From IMG/VR virus record IMGVR_UViG_3300010370_000027: a stretch of 64,000 bases of DNA, one strand, 5' to 3'. The stretch comes from a virus. This document shows, piece by piece, positions 10,240-18,795 of this stretch. The notes below the pieces were generated by a model. It was not told the origin of the DNA and made no database searches. It worked only from the letters and a program-made list of their open reading frames with translations. Numbering within the stretch: the first letter of the stretch is position 1; each line of letters begins with the position of its first letter. The position numbers were made by a program, and so were the translations under genes.

Positions 10240-10619
10240 TGGTGGAGGTGGGGGGAATCGAACCCGCCGTCCGCCACACGTCTTCAAACGCCATCGTCCA
10301 CAAGCTTGGAATCCATTTATCGACAGGATCCTCGTCTAGATGGTTTCACGCTTCTTTTTTCTCGGGCCGTTGAACCATCACCTCACCCCAGCCCAGGCAC
10401 CACCCTCCTAGACGATCCACCCCTTACAATGGGGGTAACTACATTGTTCGGGACATTCTGTTTCTAGGTCGTCCCTGCCCATTACTCATGCCGCGAGGGC
10501 GAGAGCAGCGTAGCCGTTGTCGTTGGCAACTGAACGTCACTTGGGTTTTGGACCGGACCCTCGTGCACCGGTGCTTGCTGGTGTTCGCTTCTGTGCGCCG
10601 TCGAAACCTTTACACCCCC
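10240..10619 (-). ncRNA. ssrA: tmRNA (one-piece, ~380 nt); tag peptide ANDNGYAALALAA* at 10527..10486
   Basis: 5' GGGGGTGTAAAGGTTTCGAC pairs with 3' CACCTCC-ACCA, including the G3.U alanine identity pair; T-loop TTCGATT; encoded CCA; internal ORF GCC AAC GAC AAC...GCG GCA TGA ending in LAA. Confidence 0.95.
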
Positions 10620-10624
10620 AAATC

Positions 10625-10900
10625 TTACTTCTTGGGAGAAGCTTCCTCCTTCGTTTTTGGCATGCCTTTGATCACTTCCTCGTTCTGTTGCTCAAGATCC
10701 TTAATCTTCTTAGCTTGCATCTCCTCCCATGCCTGGAAAGACGATGCAACGTCTTCGTCGTGTAGCTTGCTCAAAGCCATGAGGATTCCTGTCCTGAACT
10801 TATTGAGAAGCTTCTCGTCGTCCTCGGGGAAGAGCATTTGGTTCTTTGTGAGGAGCTCAAAGGTGTGGAGAAGTTCGTGTGGATCGAAAGAAATGTTCAT
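10625..10900 (-). CDS. Hypothetical protein
   Basis: 91 aa; ATGA overlap with the upstream gene. Confidence 0.6.
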   Translation of the reverse strand: MNISFDPHELLHTFELLTKNQMLFPEDDEKLLNKFRTGILMALSKLHDEDVASSFQAWEEMQAKKIKDLEQQNEEVIKGMPKTKEEASPKK

Positions 10901-11466
10901 TCTTTCTCTCCCGTTGAGAATCCGACGACCTGACCAGACGGGAAGAATCTCTTCCAGTACTTAGAAAGTTTTACAACCTTAAAGTCGTGCCATTCCTCTC
11001 CGTCATACAGAGATACGCTCTTTTCATCGACAACTACTTTTACAACTGAGTCTACGATGACTGTTCCCTCATCTATTAGAGCATCTACCATGTCATCTTC
11101 TCCGACATATTCGAATTCGAGAGATACTGTAGATCCATCAGGAGAGACTACACTTAATGGCGAGAGATCAGCTGCATCTTTTGCAGCTACGAAGACATCA
11201 ATAGGATCTTCCTCCTCTTCCTCTTCCTCTTCCTCGCTCTCTTCATCATCATAATCATCATCATCATCATCATCAGATTCGTCGTAATCTTCTTCTGTGT
11301 CTGATGCTTCTTGACAATCTTCTTGAGAGTCTGTGATAAAATCTTGCAAGCGCTCTTGTAAAGACTGTAGATGTTCTACGTCAACAAAATCTAGATTAAC
11401 GTTAGAATTTACATACGCAAAAAGAACAGAATGTAGCATTAGAGCATCGGGCTTGTCGATTTTCAT
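10897..11466 (-). CDS. Highly acidic hypothetical protein
   Basis: 189 aa with a long D/E tract; GGAGA RBS. Confidence 0.65.
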   Translation of the reverse strand: MKIDKPDALMLHSVLFAYVNSNVNLDFVDVEHLQSLQERLQDFITDSQEDCQEASDTEEDYDESDDDDDDDYDDEESEEEEEEEEEDPIDVFVAAKDAADLSPLSVVSPDGSTVSLEFEYVGEDDMVDALIDEGTVIVDSVVKVVVDEKSVSLYDGEEWHDFKVVKLSKYWKRFFPSGQVVGFSTGEKE

Positions 11467-11484
11467 TTAAAGTTCTCCAGTTAT

Positions 11485-11510
11485 AAAAAAGGGAGGCCTT
11501 TCGGCCTCCC
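11485..11510 (-). terminator. Rho-independent terminator
   Basis: Minus strand reads GGGAGGCC-GAAA-GGCCTCCC-TTTTTT downstream of 11529..11795. Confidence 0.85.
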
Positions 11511-11528
11511 CTATGATTTCATCAATAA

Positions 11529-11795
11529 TCAGTAAGACTTGTCTGTCGCCTGATAGTGCTTCTGAAGCGTACGATAAAGAGTGCGAGCCGTTCGACCGTC
11601 GAACCGAAGAGTATTGCCTTCCGACGTATAGATCGAGAGACGAGTCGAATCATTGCGTGGATCAGTGCTGACTGTCACGTTAACACTGTCTTCATCGCGA
11701 CGGAAAGTCTCCGTGCGAAGGTTTCCCTTGCGGTCCTCGCGGGTACGAATCGATGCGTTCTTGTTCTGCGAAACGGTGTTCTTCTTGCTTGCCAT
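11529..11795 (-). CDS. Small basic hypothetical protein, possibly nucleic-acid binding
   Basis: 88 aa, R/K/T-rich; AGGAGA RBS; own promoter and terminator. Confidence 0.65.
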   Translation of the reverse strand: MASKKNTVSQNKNASIRTREDRKGNLRTETFRRDEDSVNVTVSTDPRNDSTRLSIYTSEGNTLRFDGRTARTLYRTLQKHYQATDKSY

Positions 11796-11841
11796 AGTCT
11801 AATTTCTCCTGAAGGCATATTAGTGATGCCTCGTTGGATTA

Positions 11842-11871
11842 ATCTTAGACACACGTAGCTGTCATGTTCAA
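11842..11871 (-). promoter_or_regulatory. Sigma70-like promoter TTGAAC-N18-TAAGAT
   Basis: Upstream of 11795; similar architecture recurs at 28900-28928, 29921-29950 and 52385-52414. Confidence 0.45.
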
Positions 11872-11884
11872 GAAAAAATTTTGT

Positions 11885-12187
11885 TTACTTCTTAGACGAA
11901 GTCGCGGCTGCAAGAACCTTCTTGAGGGCTGAAACAGCCTCTTGCTGAGAGATGCCCTTTTGAGATGCAATCTTCACAACATCTTGAATGAAAGAGGCAA
12001 GTGAATCAGTCGTAGTTATCTGATCCATCGTGGAGACTAAAGCCTTGTTTTGAACAAGCTTGCCAGTAGCCTTCTCAGCAGCTGTGTTTCCCTTGATGTC
12101 TTTCCCGACATTTGCCGAGTCCTCCTCGGCAAGCGCAGAAAGTTCTTCTCTTACTAATTTGCGGAGGGTAGACTCAGTTATCTTCAT
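11885..12187 (-). CDS. Hypothetical protein with MKITESTLRKLVREEL leader (candidate internal head protein)
   Basis: N-terminal motif shared with several head-module proteins. Confidence 0.6.
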   Translation of the reverse strand: MKITESTLRKLVREELSALAEEDSANVGKDIKGNTAAEKATGKLVQNKALVSTMDQITTTDSLASFIQDVVKIASQKGISQQEAVSALKKVLAAATSSKK

Positions 12188-12236
12188 GAGCCTTAATTAT
12201 ATGATACACATGAAATTAAAATTCTAGGATAGAGGC

Positions 12237-12704
12237 ATGAACATATTTGTCCTCTCAGAAGATCCAGAAGAGGCTGCACGGATGCAGTGCGATAAGCACG
12301 TGGTGAAGATGATCCTCGAGTCAGGTCAAATGCTGTGCGCAGCTCACGATCCAGGCTCAGCTCCCTGGAAGCGCACTCACTACAACCATCCGTGCACGGT
12401 TTGGACTCGTGCATCCACCGAGAACTACAAATGGCTGGCTGCACACGGTCTCACGCTCTGCGATGAATACACGAAGAGGTACGGAAAGGTCCACAAGGCT
12501 GAAGAGGTATTGGTGTGGTGTGCGGAGAATATTCCGAAGAATGTTCCTATCGGTAACCTCACGCCATTTGCAGTCGCAATTAAAGACACCAAATATCACC
12601 TAGGAGACGTTGTATCTTCCTACAGAGCCTATTACCTCGGTGAAAAAAGCAGATTTGCAAAATGGAGATATTGCGATCCTCCCGAGTGGTGGATTTCAGG
12701 GTGA
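12237..12704 (+). CDS. Pyrimidine-dimer DNA glycosylase / endonuclease V-like protein
   Basis: MNIFVL...CDKHVVKMILESGQML...THYNHPCTVW...YRAYY...W motif set typical of this phage/bacterial family. Confidence 0.75.
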   Translation: MNIFVLSEDPEEAARMQCDKHVVKMILESGQMLCAAHDPGSAPWKRTHYNHPCTVWTRASTENYKWLAAHGLTLCDEYTKRYGKVHKAEEVLVWCAENIPKNVPIGNLTPFAVAIKDTKYHLGDVVSSYRAYYLGEKSRFAKWRYCDPPEWWISG

Positions 12705-12734
12705 GACTATAAGTTCATGATCATACTTATGATC

Positions 12735-13397
12735 ATGAATGATGCTAAACGATGGCGGACGCTAATCAAGCGCCTCGCGTATCTCAGGGCGGAAGCGTCT
12801 GAGGCGGTTGAGTCATTCGAAGAATCTGTTAGTGAGATAGAGTCAAGAATAGAAGAAAAAGAAAGGTCAGTCGTCATTGATCCAGACGACATCGTAGAAG
12901 GAAGCAAGATACCAGTCAACGAAACCTCCAAGCACATGACAAAATTCACGGGCAAGAGTGAAGAGAAGTCGTCTGGTGCAACAGAGACGAAGCAGGAATC
13001 AAAGATTGAGACTCCATCGATGGACGACAGCGGTGATGAAGTGAAGCACCACTACAAGCGCCTCTGGCGGGTCGTGGCAAAGCTTACACATCCTGACGCT
13101 GTAGGAAACAACGACGAGCTAATCACACTTTACAAAGCAGCCGCATCGGCGTACGAAAAGGACAGAAGAGACGAGCTCTTAGACGTGGCGTCTGAGGTGA
13201 ACGCACAGTTAGAGAAGCCTCACCCAAAGATGTTTGAGGACCTCGACAAGAGGTGCAATCATTACGAGGCGATGTTAAGAAAGATAAGGGGTTCTGTGGC
13301 GTGGCAATGGAAGAACGCTCAAGAAGGAACGAAACAAGAGATTATCGATCTGATTAAGTCAAAGAGGGAAGAAAAGGTAAAGCAAACCACTGAATAA
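12735..13397 (+). CDS. J-domain-containing (DnaJ-like) co-chaperone
   Basis: KRLWRVVAKLTHPD...LYKAAASAYE (helix II-HPD-helix III); start at MNDAK chosen from the upstream ATACTTA motif (track start 12717). Confidence 0.65.
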   Translation: MNDAKRWRTLIKRLAYLRAEASEAVESFEESVSEIESRIEEKERSVVIDPDDIVEGSKIPVNETSKHMTKFTGKSEEKSSGATETKQESKIETPSMDDSGDEVKHHYKRLWRVVAKLTHPDAVGNNDELITLYKAAASAYEKDRRDELLDVASEVNAQLEKPHPKMFEDLDKRCNHYEAMLRKIRGSVAWQWKNAQEGTKQEIIDLIKSKREEKVKQTTE

Positions 13398-13427
13398 TTT
13401 TGTCTGTCGTGGAGATAATTAATCTTC

Positions 13428-14165
13428 ATGAATGAGAAGCTCTTAAAGAGATACGTTAGATCCATACTTCTAGAGATGTCTTACGAAGACGTCAAAACTT
13501 CTAAGGACCCGCTCGATTGGGTGGAAGCAGCTTTTCAAGATCCAGAAGAATGGAACACAAAAGATCCCTTCAGGGCAATGATAAGAGCTGCAAAAAGATT
13601 TGGTCTTGAAGAATTCGGAATGGGATCAAGCAGGTTCGTCTTCAACCTGAAAAACGGAAAAGTTCTAAAAATAGCAAGGAACAACAAAGGACTCGAGCAA
13701 AATAAGCTCGAAGCAGTAGCAGGTCGAGACCCACACGTTCACTCTATTTTGGCTTCTGTTTATGATACTTCACCAGAATATGCGTGGCTCGTGGCTGAAT
13801 TCGTAAATCCTCTCGAGGACGGAGAATATAAGGCTGCAGAACGGGTGTGCGGAGTTGTATGGTCAGAAGTAAGACGCGTCCTCGGCTTGTCGAATAAATC
13901 TGAGATTGAATCGACAGTATCGCAGATAACAAAGAAGCTTGAGCCAGAAGAATCTCGAAACAGCAAGACAAAAGGTCAAACAGGATCAGACTGTCCAACA
14001 GGCAAAGAATTTCTCGAGAGTCTCGGAAGCTTCTTGGATCGATATAGTGGAATGCTCACAGGAGACATCGAGAAGTTGTCGTCATGGGGAGTGAATGACA
14101 AAGGATGTCTCGTGTTACTAGATTACGGAATCACAAGAAAGAAGTTCGAAGAGCTTTATCGATAG
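13428..14165 (+). CDS. Protein kinase-like protein
   Basis: GMGSSRFVF (Gly loop), VLKIA (Lys), QNKLE (helix C Glu), WLVAEFV, GDIEKLSSWG (catalytic loop), LLDYG (DFG-like). Confidence 0.75.
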   Translation: MNEKLLKRYVRSILLEMSYEDVKTSKDPLDWVEAAFQDPEEWNTKDPFRAMIRAAKRFGLEEFGMGSSRFVFNLKNGKVLKIARNNKGLEQNKLEAVAGRDPHVHSILASVYDTSPEYAWLVAEFVNPLEDGEYKAAERVCGVVWSEVRRVLGLSNKSEIESTVSQITKKLEPEESRNSKTKGQTGSDCPTGKEFLESLGSFLDRYSGMLTGDIEKLSSWGVNDKGCLVLLDYGITRKKFEELYR

Positions 14166-14227
14166 AATTATCCGAGTGTCAGGACCGTCGAATTAGATCG
14201 AATATTCTTCTACAGAACAAAAACAAA

Positions 14228-14260
14228 AAGGAGGCCACCGAAAGGTGGCCTCCTTCTTTT
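14228..14260. terminator. Bidirectional Rho-independent terminator between the kinase and major capsid genes
   Basis: AAGGAGGCCACC-GAAA-GGTGGCCTCCTT 12-bp stem, A-rich on the left and T-rich on the right. Confidence 0.9.
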
Positions 14261-14276
14261 CTCCTATGAGACGTTA

Positions 14277-16130
14277 TCAGATAACGTTCATGTCGAGGAC
14301 GGTGACTGTTCCGTAGAAGTCCGAGCGAACGGTCTTCTTACCGTAGCGGGTCATGACGCCCTTGCGAGGTGTGAAGTCCTCAGGAGCGAAGATCGTCGGT
14401 GTGACGATGAGTGGGACGTATGGAGCGTAGACGTAGCCTGTCTCGAGGTAGCTGCCGCCCTTGTAGCCGACGAGGATCTTGTTACGTGAGAAGTAAGGAT
14501 CCTTATAGACCGTGAAGCGGTTCGAGAGGGTACCGACTGCCTCTGCGCCGATGGTGAAGGGCGATCCGACCTGGCCCTCGCCGTCGAGCGAGAACTTAGG
14601 CTTGTAGAGGACCGAGGCCTCGAGGATTGTGCAAACGTCTGGTCCTGTGACGAGGAAGTTTGCCGATCCGCGGAGCGTCTTGCGGTGGATGGTGTTCGCG
14701 ACGTCGATGATCGTCTCGATGAGTGTCTCGTACCACTCGCGAACTGTACCTGTGAACTGTGGTCCGATCTGGTACACGTCTGTGAGTGCCTGGCGAGCGC
14801 CTGTCACCTTGTTAACGAAGCGACCTGGCGAGCGGCTCCAGTAGTAGTTGGCGCCGTTGGCCTGCGACACGAGGTCGTTGAGGATCTCGCGGTCGATTTC
14901 GAGGGCGATCTGCTCCGAGAGGATCGATGTGAGCTCGACTTCAGCGTCCATCGAGTGATAGGCGTTGAGGTCCTGTGCGAGTTCCGGCGACCACTTGGCG
15001 CGGAGCTTACGGGTCTCAGCTGTGATGCTGATGGCCTCGATCTTGATGTCGATCTCAGGGATCACTGGGGCTGGTGTTGCACCGAAGTCCGACTCGAACG
15101 AGGGGACTGTGACTGTGGCGCCGCTGTTTCCGTCGACCGAGAGGGCTGACGAGAGCGAGTACGAAACTGTACCAGCTGCAGCACCGGCTGAAAGAGCTGC
15201 ACCGTTGGCGCCCTTGACGACCGTGAGGACGTGTGTGCCGTTGAGTGCGTCTGGGGTGAAGACCGAACCGCTCCAGTTACCGCGCTTGTTGAGGCGACGG
15301 AGGTTGAGGACTCCATTGCCACCCTGATATGTCTCTCCCCAAGCTGTCGCATTTGTGACACCAGCGAAGAGAGCGAGCTGGTTGACAGCAAGCTTGTCCA
15401 TGTTCGAAAGACCGCTAATATCGACGATTGCGAAGGCCATGTCGAGGTCGTTGTTTGCGAGAGCGTTCTCGACCTGACCGTCGAACTCGGCGAAGCGAGC
15501 GTTCGATCCCGAGAACATTGCAGCAGAAGAAACTTCGAGGTTAGCTGCCCAGGTGTCGCCGTTGACTCCGCCCCAAGCACCGACCGTGAAGGTGAGGCCT
15601 GTTGCAGAACCTGTCACGCGGCTGTAGCCTGTGTTGACGAGGTCGTACATACCACCGGTGGCGAGCGATCCGCTCTGGACGCCTTTGCCGGTCGGGTTGT
15701 TGTAGAGCGACTGTCCGCGTGTGTATGTCGAACCTGTCTCACCAGCTGGTGTTCCGACGTTCGAACCGTAGGTGTAGTCGAGATAGAAGATGAGTCCCGA
15801 TGGGAGGCTCATTGGCTGGATCGAGACGAGCTCGTTGGCAACGAGACCGCCGAAGACTCTGCGAACGATCGGGAAGGCGATGTTCGAGAAGCCCTGGATC
15901 TGACCCGAACCGGCGAGGTTTCCACCGCCGCTCGAGAGAGCGTTGCTCTCCTTGAGGACCTGAGCTGCCTGGTTCTCGAGGAGCTGGGCCATAACCTCGC
16001 GGCGTGTGCCGTCGAGGCCACGGAGGAGTCCTGTGCGGCTCCACTTCTCTGTAAGACGTGCGCGCTCGGCTCCGACGTGCTTCTCGCGGATGCCCTGAGC
16101 GAGTTGTTCAAGACTAAAGTGCTTTGACAT
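14277..16130 (-). CDS. gp23: Major capsid protein, T4 gp23-like
   Basis: LLENQ, FPIVRRVF, VSIQPMSLPSGLIFYL, TRKLRAKWSPELAQDLNAYH, EIDREIL, YAPYVPL, FTPRKGVMTRYG. Confidence 0.95.
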   Translation of the reverse strand: MSKHFSLEQLAQGIREKHVGAERARLTEKWSRTGLLRGLDGTRREVMAQLLENQAAQVLKESNALSSGGGNLAGSGQIQGFSNIAFPIVRRVFGGLVANELVSIQPMSLPSGLIFYLDYTYGSNVGTPAGETGSTYTRGQSLYNNPTGKGVQSGSLATGGMYDLVNTGYSRVTGSATGLTFTVGAWGGVNGDTWAANLEVSSAAMFSGSNARFAEFDGQVENALANNDLDMAFAIVDISGLSNMDKLAVNQLALFAGVTNATAWGETYQGGNGVLNLRRLNKRGNWSGSVFTPDALNGTHVLTVVKGANGAALSAGAAAGTVSYSLSSALSVDGNSGATVTVPSFESDFGATPAPVIPEIDIKIEAISITAETRKLRAKWSPELAQDLNAYHSMDAEVELTSILSEQIALEIDREILNDLVSQANGANYYWSRSPGRFVNKVTGARQALTDVYQIGPQFTGTVREWYETLIETIIDVANTIHRKTLRGSANFLVTGPDVCTILEASVLYKPKFSLDGEGQVGSPFTIGAEAVGTLSNRFTVYKDPYFSRNKILVGYKGGSYLETGYVYAPYVPLIVTPTIFAPEDFTPRKGVMTRYGKKTVRSDFYGTVTVLDMNVI

Positions 16131-16174
16131 GATTAAATTCTCCTAAAATAGTTGGTTGGTTTTAATTGAATCAA

Positions 16175-18163
16175 TTACTTGATTATTCCCGCCAAACGTG
16201 CCCAACGGTCAGACTCAAATCCCTCGTTGAGAGTATTGGTTGCCGATGCAGGACGTGCTGGGCGAGATGCTGAACCTATGACGCCACGATCGGTCGACTC
16301 CGTGATCTTCGTTGTCGATGCCGAGAGTGTCTTCACGAGGCTCTCATACACGAGCTTCACTTCACGCTCAGACTTAGCCTCGTCGAGTCTCTCTATGATT
16401 TCAGCCTTCTGGCGTTTTGTGAGTGACTCATTCTGGAGGAGCTTGTTTGTGAAGAGCAACTTCGCGTTGAACAGATTCGTTTCTGCCAACTTATTGCGGA
16501 GATCAGTCTCTGCCGCGGACGACTTCGGAGCGCCATTGAGGGCCTCTCCCTTGCGGGTTGCCTCTGCGAGCATACCCTTGAGCTTGTTGCAGCGAGCAAC
16601 AGACTCGTTAAACTTGGTTGCGAAGAAGTTGTAGGCCTCCTGCATCTTCTTAGCCTGCTTCTTAGCCTGCTGCTTCTCCTGCATCTTCTTAGCCTGGGAA
16701 GCCTTCTTCTGGGCTTCCATCTGCTTCTTCTTGGCCTGCGTAGCCTTCTTCTTGGCTTCCGTCTGAAGATTTGCCTCTGCAGCGAGCTTTCGCTTGATCG
16801 ATTCTACAGGCATATCAGGCTGAACATTTGGCTGCATAACCTTGGGATCATGTCCTGGGTGGGAGCGACGCTTCTCAGATTGATCCATGCCACCGTAGGC
16901 TTGATCCATCTCTGACTCATCCATCTCAGCTTCGTCTTGCTCGTCCATTTCTTCTGCCTCTGACCAAGCCTGATCAAGTTCGTCGAGTTCTTCCTGAGCG
17001 TCTTGCTCGTCCATCTTCTTGTCGTCAGAATCCTCTTCGGACTCTGTGGTTAGCTCGACGTCAGTGAAGGGATCACCAAGATCGTCGTCTTCAAAATCAT
17101 CAGAAACTTCGCCTGGACCGTGGCCCTTTTCAGCATTCTTTGGCATATCAGTCGCCTCGCGGATCGACTTCATGCGTGCAATCTCACGACGGAGCATTCC
17201 CTCGTCTATTTCAACGATTGTGTCGTCGCTGAGAGTCTTCGACTCGAGAGCAAACGATTCTTCCTGTGTCTCTTCTTCATCACCGCCGAGATCAAGGTCG
17301 GCATCTTCTGACTCATCAGAACTTTCGTCTCCGAGGTCAAGCTCTTCGCCGCCCTCGTCGCCACCTGCTTCTTCAGCTTCGGCGCCGGACTCCTCACCCT
17401 CTTCGTCACCTGTGATAAGATCAACGCCGAGAGATTCGAGATCCAGATCATCGGGCATGCCCGTGAGCTTTAATGTTACGTCTGCTTCTGAAAGTGTTTT
17501 GTGGTTTTTCTTCATTTTCTGCTCCGTGAGCTGCTTGAGGGTTGAATAATAATTTTCAAGAATCGACTCATAAGAGCTCTTCTTGGGGCAATCCTGCAGG
17601 TTATTCTGCAAGTACGAATACGTATCCTCTACTTCAGCAACAATTGAAGAAAGTACGTCTTCAAAACCTTTAGATTCTCTAACAAGCTTTCCAGTCTTGC
17701 TGACTAAATCAATTTTCTTGTTGAGACCTTCCATCTTGACGTCGAAATTCGAATCACCAGATGAAGCCATTAAAACTCCGAGAGAATTAGCAGATTCTAG
17801 ACTAAGCTCATACTCATTTCCGCAGCCATCGTCAGCCTTGAGTGCATCTAAGTCGAGAGTAACCTTTCCTTCCTCATCAGGAAGAGACATTGCTACCGCA
17901 GAAGAAGCTGCGTCTCCTACCTGAGGAGCTGCGGTGACAGGTGCAGTCTCAAAAGAATCAGGAGAAACAAGCGTGTTTTCGTCCTTTAAAATGTCTTCTG
18001 GGTCTGCTTCCATCTCTCCGAGCTCGCCGAGCAGTTGATTCTCGATGAGATCTCTTATTCGAGGTGTAACTGCCTCAAGAAGTGCTCTTTTTGCGTTATC
18101 TTCAGCTACTTCCTTCAGCTTCTTCACGTCTGCTAAGGCTTCTTCGTACAATTGCTTAGTCAT
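16175..18163 (-). CDS. Prohead core / scaffolding protein (T4 gp22 position)
   Basis: Immediately upstream of the MCP; very acidic and coiled-coil; many (L/I/V)-x-E sites; ends RWARLAGIIK. Confidence 0.7.
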   Translation of the reverse strand: MTKQLYEEALADVKKLKEVAEDNAKRALLEAVTPRIRDLIENQLLGELGEMEADPEDILKDENTLVSPDSFETAPVTAAPQVGDAASSAVAMSLPDEEGKVTLDLDALKADDGCGNEYELSLESANSLGVLMASSGDSNFDVKMEGLNKKIDLVSKTGKLVRESKGFEDVLSSIVAEVEDTYSYLQNNLQDCPKKSSYESILENYYSTLKQLTEQKMKKNHKTLSEADVTLKLTGMPDDLDLESLGVDLITGDEEGEESGAEAEEAGGDEGGEELDLGDESSDESEDADLDLGGDEEETQEESFALESKTLSDDTIVEIDEGMLRREIARMKSIREATDMPKNAEKGHGPGEVSDDFEDDDLGDPFTDVELTTESEEDSDDKKMDEQDAQEELDELDQAWSEAEEMDEQDEAEMDESEMDQAYGGMDQSEKRRSHPGHDPKVMQPNVQPDMPVESIKRKLAAEANLQTEAKKKATQAKKKQMEAQKKASQAKKMQEKQQAKKQAKKMQEAYNFFATKFNESVARCNKLKGMLAEATRKGEALNGAPKSSAAETDLRNKLAETNLFNAKLLFTNKLLQNESLTKRQKAEIIERLDEAKSEREVKLVYESLVKTLSASTTKITESTDRGVIGSASRPARPASATNTLNEGFESDRWARLAGIIK

Positions 18164-18210
18164 GTTTACTCTTTCTTGCGTCTAACTGTTAACCATCTCT
18201 AAGTATAATA

Positions 18211-18774
18211 TCAAATCGAGGATTTTCCAGGCGTAAGTGAATCTCCTAACACAGTATTGACACTTTCTTCACTTGGAGAACGTGTACCAGATCCCTCTGC
18301 TCCTGGTGTGTAGTTTGGTTTGATCTCACTTGGGGAAATATCAGGATTTGAATTTTTATCTATGCCGTCCACTCTAACAGTTCCAGGAGCTCCTGGGCCG
18401 GGGGATGTGACATCAGGTACGTATGGATTGGCAGGATCTCCAGGATTTCTCCAGGACACATCTGCGAGATTTGGCGCCTTTCCGTAAGTGAGATCAACAC
18501 CCGATGGGAACATGCCCAAATCACCTGTCTGCATGCCAGACTCAGGAAGAAGTCCGTTCTGGTTATCTCTCGCTCTTTTTACGACAGATTCTGCGGCTTT
18601 TCCGTTCTCAGTCTGTGGATTAGAAGACTCTCCATAAAAACTAGCAATTCCTGATCTAAGGGCATTTGCCTTTTGATTGAAGAGTTTCCACAAAAGAGAA
18701 TAGCGCGAACCAGCACTCGTAGTAGTGGCTGCGGGAACATAAGTTGTATATCTACCTTTACCTGGTGCGCTCAT
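18211..18774 (-). CDS. Pro/Gly-rich hypothetical protein in head module
   Basis: 187 aa with AGGAG RBS. Confidence 0.6.
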   Translation of the reverse strand: MSAPGKGRYTTYVPAATTTSAGSRYSLLWKLFNQKANALRSGIASFYGESSNPQTENGKAAESVVKRARDNQNGLLPESGMQTGDLGMFPSGVDLTYGKAPNLADVSWRNPGDPANPYVPDVTSPGPGAPGTVRVDGIDKNSNPDISPSEIKPNYTPGAEGSGTRSPSEESVNTVLGDSLTPGKSSI

Positions 18775-18795
18775 TGGACTGCTCCTGTTGACAAA

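Noticed and set aside
10223-10250. 9-bp repeat as the att site of an integrated element
   Set aside because: The copies are only 10 nt apart and no integrase is present; kept only as a possible insertion scar.
10177-10964. ORFs overlapping the tmRNA, and the 26-aa N-terminal extension of the endonuclease
   Set aside because: They translate tmRNA structure (GGFDSPHLHQ is the T-arm and acceptor stem); the real endonuclease start is 10199.
11205-11295. TCA/TCC trinucleotide runs, and the repeats at 16640-16760, as a CRISPR array or VNTR
   Set aside because: In-frame low-complexity coding sequence (poly-D/E; K/Q/A); no repeat-spacer structure. No CRISPR array was seen in the window.
14629-17924. 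Long plus-strand ORFs (e.g. 15231..16127, 298 aa) opposite the MCP and scaffold
   Set aside because: Antisense shadows produced by the strongly biased codon usage of the real genes; no motifs or RBS.
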